Shown here in pieces: positions 37,341 to 49,719 of a stretch of 53,730 bases of DNA. Below the pieces are notes generated by a model. The model saw only the letters and a program-made list of their open reading frames with translations. It was not told the DNA's origin and ran no database searches. The DNA comes from Octopus bimaculoides (lineage: Eukaryota). The DNA is taken from contig NC_068985.1 in NCBI RefSeq assembly GCF_001194135.2, positions 20,264,603 to 20,318,332 of the forward strand, written 5' to 3'. Made by a program: the position numbers and the translations under genes. How positions within the stretch are numbered: the first letter of the stretch is position 1; every line of letters begins with the position of its first letter.

Positions 37341-38283
37341 CGAGCACACTCACTCAAACACTTACATATGCATGTGAACATAAACCTCGTTTAAGAGATT
37401 AAAATTGTAGCCAAGGTTATTAAACATGTTTGATAAATATGTTTAGCATCGTTGTGAAAATAGACCCCGTGATTACAGCATAGGACTCTTACCAGCTATA
37501 GAGCGAAAGCGACTCATCTACCAATTAGTTTCAATATTTTTCAAAAAGATGGTGAATTTGCAGAGGTATATGTGTTAGTTGAAATCCTACTAAGGTTGAC
37601 TTTACTGGTCGCTTTGTCTTCCATTTTTCTCCTTCTTTCTCTCAGGAAAAAATTGGCTATGGTCAGACCTGGAGAAGGTTGAGCTCTGGGAGATTTAAAC
37701 ACCTCTACAATGGTGTCCCGACAGTTTTATCACGAGTTGAGGGCTCGATGCAAAGTAAGGACATCGACAGGGTTCCTTTATTTATAATTTTACTCTCATA
37801 AATGTTGTTTTGGAACTCGATTAAAAACACGTGTCCTTATGTCACACATTTAATAACAAGATCGGTACTATCCTGATAACATTTACGATTCCTCTTGGCA
37901 AACAGCGGTGAACGTACTAATTCCAGCGAGGCTTTTATTTTCTAACCAGCTAATTTTCCAAATCTTCCCCACCATCATACCTCTGCCAAAGATAGCAGAC
38001 AACTGTCTTTCAAATCATGTCCTTCAGTCTCAGAAAAGAAATAAAAATACAAAACAATGGGAAATATGGTCTTCAGTGTACTGTGTCTGGTGAAAATAAA
38101 AGGGTCCTTGCAGTCAGAGTACTCCAAATAATTTGCCTTTTCGCGATGTATTTGCATTAAATATGGTACGCAAATGGTTATTTAAATCTAATATAACTTC
38201 TATTGCCCATAGCGGATTTTTATTCAGCTGGGCAGTTGACTGTAGTGCCAGTGATATTTCGGCCACCGTTTCCCTATAGCAGG

Positions 38284-38477
38284 ACTATTCTTTGTAAGCC
38301 TAAAACTTATTCTATCGGTCTATTTTGCCACACCACTAATTCACGGGGACGTAAACACACCAACATCGGTTGTCAAGCGATGGTGAGAGGGCAAGTATAC
38401 ATACATATATATATATATATGTATACATACATATATATATACAAGCATACATATATACATATATACAAGCATACAAG

Positions 38478-38514
<37 letters not shown>

Positions 38515-39060
38515 ATAATTAAGGGATCAGCAAACAGTTGCTTCACCATATACCGAAGTATATTGATAAACCTTTACCCTTTTAGTTGTTATANNNNNNN
38601 NNNNNNNNNNNNNNNNNNNNNNNNNNNNNNNNNNNNNNNNNNNNNNNNNNNNNNNNNNNNNNNNNNNNNNNNNNNNNNNNNNNNNNNNNNNNNNNNNNNN
38701 NNNNNNNNNNNNNNNNNNNNNNNNNNNNNNNNNNNNNNNNNNNNNNNNNNNNNNNNNNNNNNNNNNNNNNNNNNNNNNNNNNNNNNNNNNNNNNNNNNNN
38801 NNNNNNNNNNNNNNNNNNNNNNNNNNNNNNNNNNNNNNNNNNNNNNNNNNNNNNNNNNNNNNNNNNNNNNNNNNNNNNNNNNNNNNNNNNNTATATATAT
38901 ATATATGTATGTATGTACGTATATAGGACGGGCTTCTTTCAGTTTCCGTCTACCATATTCATTCACAGGGCATTGGTCGGCTGTAGTACAAGGTTCCCAA
39001 ATTGTCGCTCACTGGGACTGAAACCGAATCCTCGTGATTGCGAAAGTGACCACATCTGCA
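38284..39060 (-). mobile_element. SINE family A with greatly expanded internal microsatellite spanning gap 38594-38891
   Basis: 3' half 38284-38395 (ggggacgtaaacacaccaacatcggttgtcaagcg); 5' half 38925-39060 (gacgggcttctttcagtttccgtctacc, gggactgaacc-like). Confidence 0.85.
38594..38891. other. Assembly gap
   Basis: 298 N. Confidence 1.
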
Positions 39061-39374
39061 ATGCTTGAAGAGTTGACTGAAAATTTCAATTTTAAAAATC
39101 TAATTGATTTACTATAGGAAACGTAAGGCGTCAACTTGATTAACTGTAATTGGAATACAGCAGTAAATGTGTGATACGGAGCTCGAGTATCTAAGGTTTA
39201 TTTTTTACTGTTTCAGTTTATTTTCTAATATAGCATGTCGTGGACTTCATTATCCAGCGTGTCTTCTCTGTAAGATGCGGAGATTTGGTTACTATTTCTT
39301 GAAGATCGAGCGACTATGTAGAGGCTTGCCTGTTGGTTCGTTAATATTTGTGTGTTTTGTAAGGCGTTGGATGT

Positions 39375-39582
39375 AAGGTGGCAGAATCATTAACACACCA
39401 GGCAAAATGCTTAGCGGCGTTTCGACCGTCTTTATGATCTGAGTTCAAATTCCGCCGAGGTCGACATTGCCTTTCATTCCGTTCGGCTTGATAAAATAAA
39501 TAACAGTTGTACGCTGGTTCAATGTAATCGACTTACTCCCTCCTCCAAAATTGTTGGCCCTGTGCCAGAATTTGAGACCAAA
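39375..39582 (+). mobile_element. SINE family B
   Basis: ggcagaatcatt...gagttcaaattccgccgaggtcgac...gtgccagaatttgagacc. Confidence 0.9.
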
Positions 39583-40250
39583 ATTTGTTTATCTTGTACT
39601 ATTGTGATTTTTGTTTTCTATAAATCAGCTTTATAAGAAGACGTCTCCATACATAAATACGTTTGTGTTTCCAATAAAATTTTAACGATATGCTACCTAG
39701 TCATTTAGCTGCTTATATAGGAAAGTAATCCTACTGTAAGTGTTATTGGTTAACAGCTAACTACTGCATAATCGATCGACGATTGATTAGATACAATAAA
39801 AGCCAGTACATTACAATCTTATTGGATAATATAATATAATATAATGTAATATAATATAATGTAATATAATATAATATAATATAATATCACATAGAAAAGG
39901 ATGGAAAACAAATATTTTGAAAAAGCTATAACGAGATTACGAAGACTTACAATAACAAAGCAAATTTTGAACATCCTTTTAAAATCTTGCAGCTGGAAAA
40001 TATTTTATATTTATCTGAAGCGATTAAAAGGTGAATCTTTCTCAGAGTCATTATTATAAGCGTGAACTTGAATTACTTTTAGCCGGAAATCGAAGCAGAA
40101 TTTGCTCTTTCAGCTAAATTCTTTATGTATCGGATTCAGTTGTATAGGTGCAAAGAGTCGATAAATAATTGCCAGTTGAGTAATTCGATGTGCTCGACTT
40201 ACACCAGCCCCACAAAAATTTCAGGCCTTGGGACTTTAGAAGAAAGGATC

Positions 40251-40597
40251 ATTACCTCCGCCTTAGCGAAGGCAGAGGTGTTGTTGTCAATCGCGTTTGT
40301 TTGTCTGTTTGTCCGCGGACAAGATATCTCAAGAACTGCTGGATGGATTTGGATGAAACTTTCAGGAATATTTAGCCCCGTGGCTGGCACAAACTGATTA
40401 GATTTTGGGATCGATATGGTATCGGACAAGAACTCTGGTTTATTTTTCCAGTTTATTTTACTTAATTTTTAAGAGCGGTCAGGTTCATTTTTGGTATTCT
40501 CATTTGCGAGAGCAGATATTCACATTTTAAAAATCATCTCTGGCTTAATCGTTGATGTTGCCATGGCGGGGGTTTGCGCTCCCTGAGTGCTCTTATT
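40251..40597 (+). mobile_element. Helentron/DINE-1-like non-autonomous rolling-circle element
   Basis: 5' attacctccgcc with local hairpin, tgtttgtctgtttgt, ggatggatttggatgaaacttt core, 3' sub-TIR ggcgggggt and hairpin gcgctccctgagtgc; no TSD. Confidence 0.75.
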
Positions 40598-40667
40598 ATT
40601 TCACTGTCTTTGCACAGCTTCTAACGCTGGAGATGTACTGCGGTGTCAGTTATTATCATTCTTATCT

Positions 40668-40810
40668 AAGGTGGCGAGCTGGCAGAATCATTAGCGCAAC
40701 GGGCGAAATGCTTAGCGGTATTTCACCCGTCGCTACGTTCTAAGTTCAAATTCTGCCGAAGTCGACTTTACCTTTTATCCTTTCGGGGTCGATAATATAA
40801 GTATCAGTGA
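40668..40810 (+). mobile_element. SINE family B, 3'-truncated
   Basis: ggtggcgagctggcagaatcattagc...aagttcaaattctgccgaagtcgac. Confidence 0.9.
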
Positions 40811-40811
40811 A

Positions 40812-41110
40812 ACACTCTCCGCAGAGGGCTGGGCATGCCGTGGCTAATGATGTGCAACATTGAACAGGTTCGTCATAACTCCATCTGTGGAGATATGTTG
40901 AACAGCTGTTATCAGGTGTAGGACGGATCCGGTTTCGGCCGAGTCTACAATGTAGATTGATCTGCCTCCTTCCATTGGTCTGGAAGGGCAGGCAATTTTC
41001 CTCTGTTTGATAGCAGTAGCGAAAGAGGTTGTATGGTGGACCACGTTGAAAGGACTGAAGGCAGACACTTTTCTCTTTGGTCAATCCCTCATCAACTCTT
41101 TCAAATTTTA
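40812..41110 (-). mobile_element. Possible decayed RTE-like 3' remnant
   Basis: MEGGR and VMTNLFNVAHH loosely match the RTE terminal VEGGR...MxELLxxAH. Confidence 0.3.
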
Positions 41111-41959
41111 CTTGGAAAGGAAGATGAGGGTGAAGAGAGAAGTGCCTCCCAGTATATTTGCTAAAGGGTGGGTGAATCTAGTCTACTTCTCAACAGAACG
41201 TACCATGTATCTGACAGGCTCCTTCACATTTTCTATCGACAAAATTTCATTCTAAACGCACTAGTCAGTATGCGGTTATGGCAGAAGATTCTTACCCAAA
41301 GTGCATTGCGGTGGCGATATTTGCTCCGGCCCTTTAATTCTACGGAGGACAATTTTGTCATCCTTCAGGGGTTGACAAAATAAAGTATGAGTACTTGTGA
41401 AGTCGATATACTCAACTAAACCCCAACACTAAATTTGTGATCTTGTGCCTATGTTAGAAACGTTTGTCACAACATAACTAGTAAATGATTAAAACCAATT
41501 TCGATTTCTGATTTGTGACATTCCATTCTACTTGCATTATTAAATCTCTCACGAAAATCATTAATATTACATAATCTAACTCTTCTACCTATGAATAGAA
41601 GGAATCATACTTACATTATATTTTTATTTTATTTTTCTTCAGGCCTATGACCCATAAATCTGGTTAACCGGTTTCTATGGTGCATAAATGATTGAAGTCA
41701 CCAACTTTCCTTGAACGGGTCACCCGGCTGTTGCCAGTGTTCAAGACAAGCAATTTTTTGAGGGCTGAGAATTAGTCGATTGCATCGACTAATCCTGTTA
41801 CTTGACTGGTACTATATTTTATACCCCACCCCACCCCACCCCATAAACAACAGCTGCACCATGAAGACGAAATGTTGGTTCACTCATTTTCACAATTGGG
41901 TAATAGCAATATTTTCTATTCCTGGAGTTTCGACTGAAGGTGTTCTAGAAATTGTGCCT

Positions 41960-42450
41960 TGCTGATCTTGCTATCTCGGCTAGCCTCTATTACTTCGGTT
42001 TCTTTCTTTTATTTTTCGGTCTAAAACTTCGGAGCAAGAGCCTCTCAAAAGGTTCTCACAATAAATGTGGCGACTACGCGTATTTCCCTGTATCGACAAT
42101 CCCATGCCTTTTATCTCAGTACCCTCTTCCTGTACAGTTCAATTCAACTTTGTGGCCTGTAGGGATCATAAGGACTTGCAAATTCATTTTGAAGCCCCAG
42201 ATGGCACTTCTTGTTAGCCCTTTTTTAATAGAAAAAGTGAAGGATCTCTATCGTTTTCGATATCCCTCATCGTCACTTTTCAATTGTTTTCCTCGTGTAC
42301 GGTTGGACAAATGTATGGACAGAGATGTGTCTAACAACTTCAGTCTCTTGAATATTCATCTTTGAAGATAAAGTAGAGAGAGTCATAGCTTCTGTATGTT
42401 ACCGTTGAGAGCATTTCTTTCGAGATGTTTTGAATTTCTTGTCGTGAAGG
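41960..42450 (-). mobile_element. Decayed RTE-like RT remnant
   Basis: SLFLLKKG*QE (cf. FxIxxGVRQG) followed by GLSIQGNTRSRHIYCEN (cf. GxxIxGxxIxxLRYADD). Confidence 0.4.
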
Positions 42451-43346
42451 TAGAATCTGTTCAGCTCCATTTTTACTAAATATAGATATTTTTATATCCT
42501 TGGTTGCGGATATATGATTTTAACGAAGCGCGGGTAAAGCAATGTATTCACAGACGTAACTTCCGTTTACCAATACGCGAGACTCTAACGCCTTTTTTCT
42601 CCTTTTCTCAACGAGATACGTTTCTCTTTATAAGATTTCGTTGAGTCCACCTTTTAATCGCACAGGGGTGCTAATGTCTATCACTACAACAGACATAATA
42701 TTTTTTCTTTGTTGTTCTTTCGTCTTGACCCTGCGACAAATACATACTGTTTGGTCATATAAAGTTATACTTCCTTTTTTGGGATTGTGTTAAGTCTAAA
42801 ATTTCATTTGTTCTATTTGTGTTAGAAATAGGGAGAGATTAGTTTTAGCACCTCGACTCTATGTACGATTTAGTGCTAAGTTCACCCCTACTTTTGTTCT
42901 TACTATCGCTATATTTAAAACAGTAATTTAGACTGCGTGAAATACTTTTATCTGTTGATTGTTCATTTAAATGTTTATTAGTTTTATTCATACAATCGTG
43001 TATTTTGTTTTTGCTTCATTTTTTTAAATCTCCGTTCGCTGCTGCAATGTTTTGTCGTATACTGTATTCGTATTCAGTGGCCGTTTTGAAAGCGAAAATG
43101 TGCATGTAAACATGAATAAAAATGTCAGTAAAAACAAAATTTCCTTTTCCTTTTTTTTTTTCGATTTTTGTCGATTCCTGGCTATCGCGAGCAGGCTTCC
43201 CTCAAGTAATTATAATTGTTTTTATCAAAAACTCCAAAGAAAATGTTCAAATTTTCATTCGGTAAAGCTCTAACTATGGTTTAGCTTCGAAGTGAAATGA
43301 ATACGTATGTGTACACTTCGAGAAGCAATAATAATAATAATAATAA

Positions 43347-43902
43347 ATTCCCTGATGCAATACCAGGCAGTGGCTCTCATGGCTTCTGATCTTAACTGAT
43401 TGGAAATGTTAGCATGTACATTGTTTTGTCTTGGTATAAAAAATGGGCTACAGCAAATATCTTGCTCAATGCCACAGATTTGCTTGTCAGTTGTTTGACC
43501 TTAACCAGTTGAGCATGTCCTTTGGTGGTTGAAGATATGTGCACCTCTGATCACGAGCAGAAGTAGTGGGGAAGCATCATAGCCATGTGTTGAGAGGAAT
43601 TCTTTGGAGTTTGAATAATTCAAATCTGGAAACATGGGTTTTTGTTCATCATCCTTAAACAACCCACATCCAAGGACCTTTTGAATGGGAGGGGCTACTC
43701 GACCTGAAGAAAATTCTAACTGGGCCCCACCTCCAAGGTAATTTGCTGTTTATCTTGATATGAGATCACCATGTCGCGCACATATGGTTGTGATGCATGT
43801 GCCTGATGTACCCTTATCAGACAGGTAGTCATGATGGGTATATTGTGCTTCGTATATTTATATACCAGTGTCACTTTGATTGCATGCACTGCTCTGTCAC
43901 TC
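43347..43902. mobile_element. 556-bp non-coding unit bounded by (AAT)n on both sides, probable interspersed repeat
   Basis: (AAT)n at 43327-43346 and 43903-43920; more GC-rich than flanks; no recognisable ORF. Confidence 0.5.
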
Positions 43903-43920
43903 AATAATAATAATAATAAT

Positions 43921-44976
43921 CATAGCAATGATATTAATCATAAAAAACGAAAAGAAAGAATGGTAGCAGAGTATAGACCATTGTATAAGGAGTGAAAGGA
44001 GAACGCTTGCCGAGTATTTGATAAATTGATAACTAGTGATGAAGACCTGCTGCAATATGCCGTGAAAGATATGGGTGTAAATGCCGATGAAATGATAGGC
44101 AAGGAAGAGTTTAACCAAAGAGCTGAAGAGAAGAGATAAGAAGACCTTCAATGAGAATGCATGGACAGTTTGAAAAGAATGCACAAGGCGTTCAGGATAA
44201 TACAGCATCGTGAGCATGGTTTGAGTGAGGTGATTTGAAGCGTACCACCGAAATCCTGATCATTGCTGCACAAGACCAGGCTCTCGCTACCAATTCAATG
44301 AAGTATAACATCTATAAAATTCCTGACACCCAGAAATGCAGACTCTGTGGAAAGAGTGTGGAAATGTGTGGAAAAGTGAATGTGAGAGCCTTGCACAAAA
44401 AGAATACAAGTGCCTCCACGATAAAATGTGTGTGTATCTTCATTGGCTCTTATGCGTAAATACCAATATGAAGTAACAGAGAACTGGTATGAGCATGTAC
44501 CAAGTAAAGCTTTGCAGGAGGATGGAAAAGCAATGATACTCTGGGACTATGATTTCCAGACGGATCGTGTAATAGAACACCGTCGGCCGGATATTGTCAT
44601 ATTGAATAAGAGAGATAAATACAGTCAGATCATTGATGTGGCCATACCAAATGACATGAATGTTGTGAGTAAAGAGGTTGATAAAAATCACCAAGTACTC
44701 CGAATTGAAAGTGGAAATGACAAGACTGTATGGAATGCGAGAGGATAATGTAAAAGTGATACCAGTGGTGATCGGAGCGTTGGGCTCAATCCCATTGAAA
44801 CTTCAAAACTTCTTAAGGCAACTGGAAATCCCATGCAAGATTGATGTCTTGTAAAAAGCAGCCATATTGGGCCCAGCGCACATTTTAAGGAAAGTATTAT
44901 CTGTCTGAGGTCCTTGTTGTGACTTGACAGACGACTAAAGACTCCGGTACATTTTTACCTACACTGTGTTACGAAG

Positions 44977-44977
<1 letters not shown>
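43921..44977 (+). mobile_element. 5'-truncated R4/Dong-clade non-LTR retrotransposon (RT thumb, CCHC, PD-(D/E)xK REL endonuclease, 3'UTR)
   Basis: MHGQF..GDLKRTTEILIIAAQDQAL, KCRLCG, WYEHVP, LWDYDFQTDRVIEHRRPDIVI..IIDVAIPND..KEVDK, VIPVVIGALG, KAAILGPAHILRKVLSV* (stop 44906-44908); flanked by (AAT)n on both sides. Confidence 0.93.

Positions 44978-45045
<68 letters not shown>
44978..45045. repeat. (AAT)n tail
   Basis: Direct reading. Confidence 0.97.
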
Positions 45046-45046
<1 letters not shown>

Positions 45047-45454
45047 CAACTTGTCGCAGATGATCTATAATCGGCCGTTGAAAACTGCCTTTCCAAGGAA
45101 TGCTGTAATTATATACACGCAATATGTCTATGATAAATGTGAGACGAGATGAAGATAATATGAGAGTTCATAAGAGAATTGATTGTCATGCGATAATATA
45201 ACAAACAATGTTCCAGATATTACATTTCTATTAATTATGTTAATTATCGTTAACTTGGTCGCGTTTGTCATTAACATATGTTGTACTGGTATACTAATAA
45301 ATATAAAAGTTTTTTGAAGGTATAATAAACAATACTCAGTGCAATCAATAAAGCAATTAACTTCAATATTGCAACAAATTTTCAGTGAAATGTGTGTGTG
45401 TGAGTGCGTGTGTGTGTGTGAGTGCGTGTGTGCGTGTGCGCGCGCGAGCGAGGT

Positions 45455-45760
45455 GCTCAAGAGATATCAAATACCAGGAATTGCTCGGGTGGTAAGGAGA
45501 CTACTGGTGCACACGCTGCCGGATGTTTGTGGGACGGCCATTCAGTAAAGCTCTGACTGGCTTGGAGTTGCTGCTACAGTCAAGGAGGGGGCGACATGCA
45601 CAATCAATGAAGTTGCAAAGGAGGCAACTAGATGGTTTTGGATAAATAAAGGCAGACACGTGACTTCTTGCAACTGAAACGTAATCTGGAATTTGATGAA
45701 TCCCGGCCTGAGAAATGCTGAATAACCTGAAAACTATTACGAACCCCAAAACAACATTGA
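45455..45760 (+). mobile_element. Decayed HERO/NeSL-like REL non-LTR 3' end
   Basis: IKYQELLGW*..CRMFVGRPFSKALTGL then, after a frameshift, NEVAKEATRWFWINKGR (cf. KYxEL..GW..GCRGFxG..EAAExASRWLWIKR). Confidence 0.6.
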
Positions 45761-46275
45761 TAGTACAATGTGTCGGCATTCGGGAGCATTTATGAGCATC
45801 CGCAAAATTTATGTATATACAACTTAACATCGTTTCTCATGGCGCCGGAATTCCCATATCATGTGATTTCATTCTACTGAAAATCATCAGTGGGAGGTGT
45901 CCTGTCCGGTCACTGCTTCCCAGTCAATTCTCCCTGCTACGATATATAGAATATCAGCATTTTTTCAGGCACTGATGTCGCAAATAGCCAGCAGGCTTAT
46001 CAAAACTTAATTATTAGCGACAGAAGCAGTACTAATACCAAAAGGTAATCTTTATATCCAAATTTACACGAATGTCTTTGTAGAACACCATATACTGCGT
46101 TATTAGCCTTGACAGATCTCATACAGACGGTTGGTGCATAAAAGTACACACATGGATCGAAGCAGATGAAGAATCGTCTGTCATGGACGCCGGAATTCCT
46201 ATCGCTAATAATTAATTTGTAATTACCGAAGCATTTTCTTCTTTCTGTATTTTTTCTTATATACATATATATATT

Positions 46276-46306
<31 letters not shown>

Positions 46307-46911
46307 ACATACAAGTAGAAATCATTACATGCTATATTGGGTGTTTATTTTATTTTATTCCGTTGGTTGAAGTTGTAGCCCCATTGGACTTATTTTATCG
46401 ACAAAACCGAATTTGGACGCAGAATTTAGATCAGGAAAACTTACCTTTGATTCAAGGCTCCACCACAAATAAAGCGCCTCGTGTTTGCTTTATCTGTCTA
46501 GAAATAACAACTAAAATCTTCTTTAAATCACCGTGTACACCCTTACCAAAAGACATAGTGGAGGATGTAGTCTGGAATACACAATGAGTGAAAAAATGAT
46601 GATATAATCCTGGGTAGGTTGACATTGAACACAGGTCTGCTAAATCGGGGCTGATTTGGAACCAAACATTAACAACTTTTCCCTAGACTTTTTCATTACA
46701 ATAAAGTCAGCATATCCCATATGTTTTACTAATGAAGGAAGATTTAACAATGAGTTTTATATAACTTGTTAAAAAATTACTTTTTGTGCTTTATCCACAG
46801 AACAAGAGATCATGCATGTAGAATGTGCAAAAAAGAAAAAAAAGAACAAGACGAAAAAAATTATTGTATTTCTCTCAATTTTAGTGTTTCTAGGTAAAAA
46901 GGTGCATGATA

Positions 46912-47195
46912 GCGCGTGGCTTAGTGGTTAGGAATATTCGGCTCACGATCATGACATCATGAGTTCGATTCCCGGGGGTGCGTTGTGTCCTTGAGTATAA
47001 CAACTTCTTTCACCTTGCTCCAGTTCACTCAGCTGGCGAAAATGAGTAGTATCTGTATTCTAAAGGGCCAGTTTGGTCACATTCTGTGTTGTACTGAATC
47101 TCGCTGAGAACTGTGTTAATGGTACGCGTGCCTGTGGAGTGCTCAGCCACATGCATGTTAATTTCTCGAGCGTCTTTGTAATCGACGGAGCGCCA
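46912..47195 (+). mobile_element. tRNA-derived SINE, head D plus tail X
   Basis: gcgcgtggcttagtggttag, gagttcgattccc, ttgctccagttcactcagctgg, then ctgtattctaaagggccag...ggagtgctcagcc. Confidence 0.9.
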
Positions 47196-47362
47196 CCTAT
47201 GCAAGAAAACCCATGCTTTAATCGAGTCGCTGTGAGGCTTAAACTGTGTGAAGCATTTCTAATGTTACTTTTAAATCACATTCCACTCTTAGAAAGATTT
47301 TTGATTTATTTCAGAATCAGCTACGAGTTAATTTACTTCTCTTAAAGTTTGTTTTAAACCAT

Positions 47363-47725
47363 AGGTGCTGACGTGGCTTAGTGCTTAAATAGTTTGCTTC
47401 CAAACCATATGGTTCCGGGTTCAGTCCCACTGTATGGTACCTATGGGAAATGTCTTCTACTATAGCCTCGGGTCGAACAAACTAAGGAAAGCCCGTCGAA
47501 TGTATGCGTATGTGTCTTTGTGTTTGTCCTCTACCGCCACTTGACTACCGGTGTCGGTTTATCTACATCCCCGTTGCTTAGCAGTTCCGCAAAAGAGACC
47601 GAAAAAATAAGTACCAGGCTTTAAAATCAAATTAGTACTGGAGTCGCTTCGTTCAAATAAAATCCTTCAAGGCGATGCCCAAGCATGGCCGCAGTCCAAT
47701 GACTGAAACAAGTAAAAGATGAAAG
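47363..47725 (+). mobile_element. SINE family A
   Basis: gggttcagtccc, gtcttctactatagcctcggg, gcatggccgcagtccaatgactgaaacaagtaaaagat. Confidence 0.9.
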
Positions 47726-49667
47726 AAAAAATATAAATAAGCGAACATGAATGAGAATCAGTTTAATACAAACAAAATATTTCATTTGCCAACGGCATTT
47801 AGAACCCAAATGTGATTAATAGCATGTTTAGGGCTGTAGTTATAACACAGGAGTTAAAAATGTAGTGCAATAATAATAGACAACATATAATCGCTAATTT
47901 ATGACTGTTTATGTCTCTTTCTTTTTACCTTTCAAGGGAATATTCCATGTCAATTAGGAAACACCTCTTCAAACCATTTTTCTTTAATCTGACACAAATT
48001 AATAAAAGTGTGATTCAAAATTAAAATATATAGGTTCCCTAAAATTTCTAATTTAATCCTGAGCGTAAGCTATTAATAAAATGTAAAATGTTACTAATTA
48101 ATATCCTTAATGAATCAATGTTCACTAATTGACTACATTTTTATGCATTTTATTTCACATTTAAATCATGTATTCCCTCATTTAAGTGGAACGCTGATAG
48201 GATCGCGTGGGTGGAATACGGTGATGGATAAGTGTCTTCGAATTTCAGTGTGATACTTTTGGATGGCTCTGTCGACTTCCTCGAGTAATTCCGTCATTTT
48301 CGATAGCTGAAAATAAATGAATAATCAATCTGTATTTTAAAATAGGTCTTGTTTCGAATATATTTTATTTCGTTTTTCAACCTCTATGCTAGAGAATCTA
48401 TCTCAAGTTTTCAGTGGTTCTGGAGAATGACTGTAGCGAGACTCGAACCCGAATGGCCACATTACGGATTTCAATCAACAACGTCCCTCTACCCTAAATA
48501 CGTTCGAGGCCGAGTTATTAACTAATCAGCGGCCAGTCTTCACACGATAGGGTTTCTCCAGATCCTTCTAAACTGTTCTCGGTAAGAAGCCTATAAACAG
48601 AATCTGTTTTAAGCGCCTATTCGCAGAGTATGGTAGACGCCCGAGTGGAATACCGTCTCCGCTCTTGCCAAGTTTTAGTGTGTGCGAAGTTGTGGTTCGA
48701 TGCACACACTCCTTTACTGCTCAAATAGTCATTCTAACGGCTGCATGCTCACCCTTATATATGTTATTTGAATGCAGATATAGTGTTGGGCATATATATA
48801 TATATAGAAATATATATATATATTCCTGTGCTAAGCTTCTGTATCCAGTAAACCATGCACGTTGCAATATGTTTCTAACTTGTTGACTTTATGAGAAGAT
48901 TTTTGTAATTCATGATCAACCTCAGGAGAACTTGTGCAGCATGACTAAAATCTCATTTAATGCTGGAATGGTATTATTGTCTCAATTACGCGCAGTCTCA
49001 CGTATATAACCAACCAACGATTCACAAAGTTACATTGGTGACATCCGACAGAGCTTTCTTACAGCTAAAACCAGTTACATGACTTTCGTTCAAATGAATT
49101 AATAATTAGAAAACTGGTTCGTGAAGTGTATCCACTATTATCTCTCTTGTATGTACTGGCGGTTAGAATCATTATTAATAAAATGAGTTAACTACCTGAA
49201 CATTTTCCACCACTTAATCATATGTAACAGCGCAATTGACATTTTGTTTTTAAAAATTATATATTACTTGCCATATAAGGTCTACCAGTTGATTCATTAT
49301 GGCTATTGACATACGAGCAGTTTTATGATAGGAAATGGGTGATTGTAACCGCACCGAATCTTATGAGGAACAAATAGGTCGAAATCCTAATACTTCTGTA
49401 GGTGTTAGCTTCATCTGTAGTTTTAGAACGAATTGGTCATTCACAGCGAGAAATTCTCTCCTCAGTTCTGGTTAGAGAAACATATATTCTACATGTGTAT
49501 TAAGGTCTAGGTTCCTTTTTTCGAGAGGTAGCCATGCGTAACATTATATTCATCTGTCTGTCTGTCTGTCTCTCTGTATGCATGTGTGTGTATGTGCATA
49601 GTATCAGAGAGAATGTGAGAGAGAAAGAGAGAGAAACAGGGTAAGACATGGAGGGAGGGAGAGAGGT

Positions 49668-49719
<52 letters not shown>

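Noticed and set aside
45821-46200. Similar 26-mers tcgtttctcatggcgccggaattccc and tcgtctgtcatggacgccggaattcct
   Set aside because: Only two short diverged copies with no spacer array; not CRISPR-like
10923-47195. A-box/B-box motifs suggesting tRNA genes
   Set aside because: All continue into SINE bodies and lack acceptor stems; they are SINE heads, not tRNAs
48677-48710. 9-bp hairpin agtgtgtgc/gcacacact and nearby B-box-like gagactcgaaccc (~48438)
   Set aside because: GT/CA-derived arms are common here; no tRNA cloverleaf could be built
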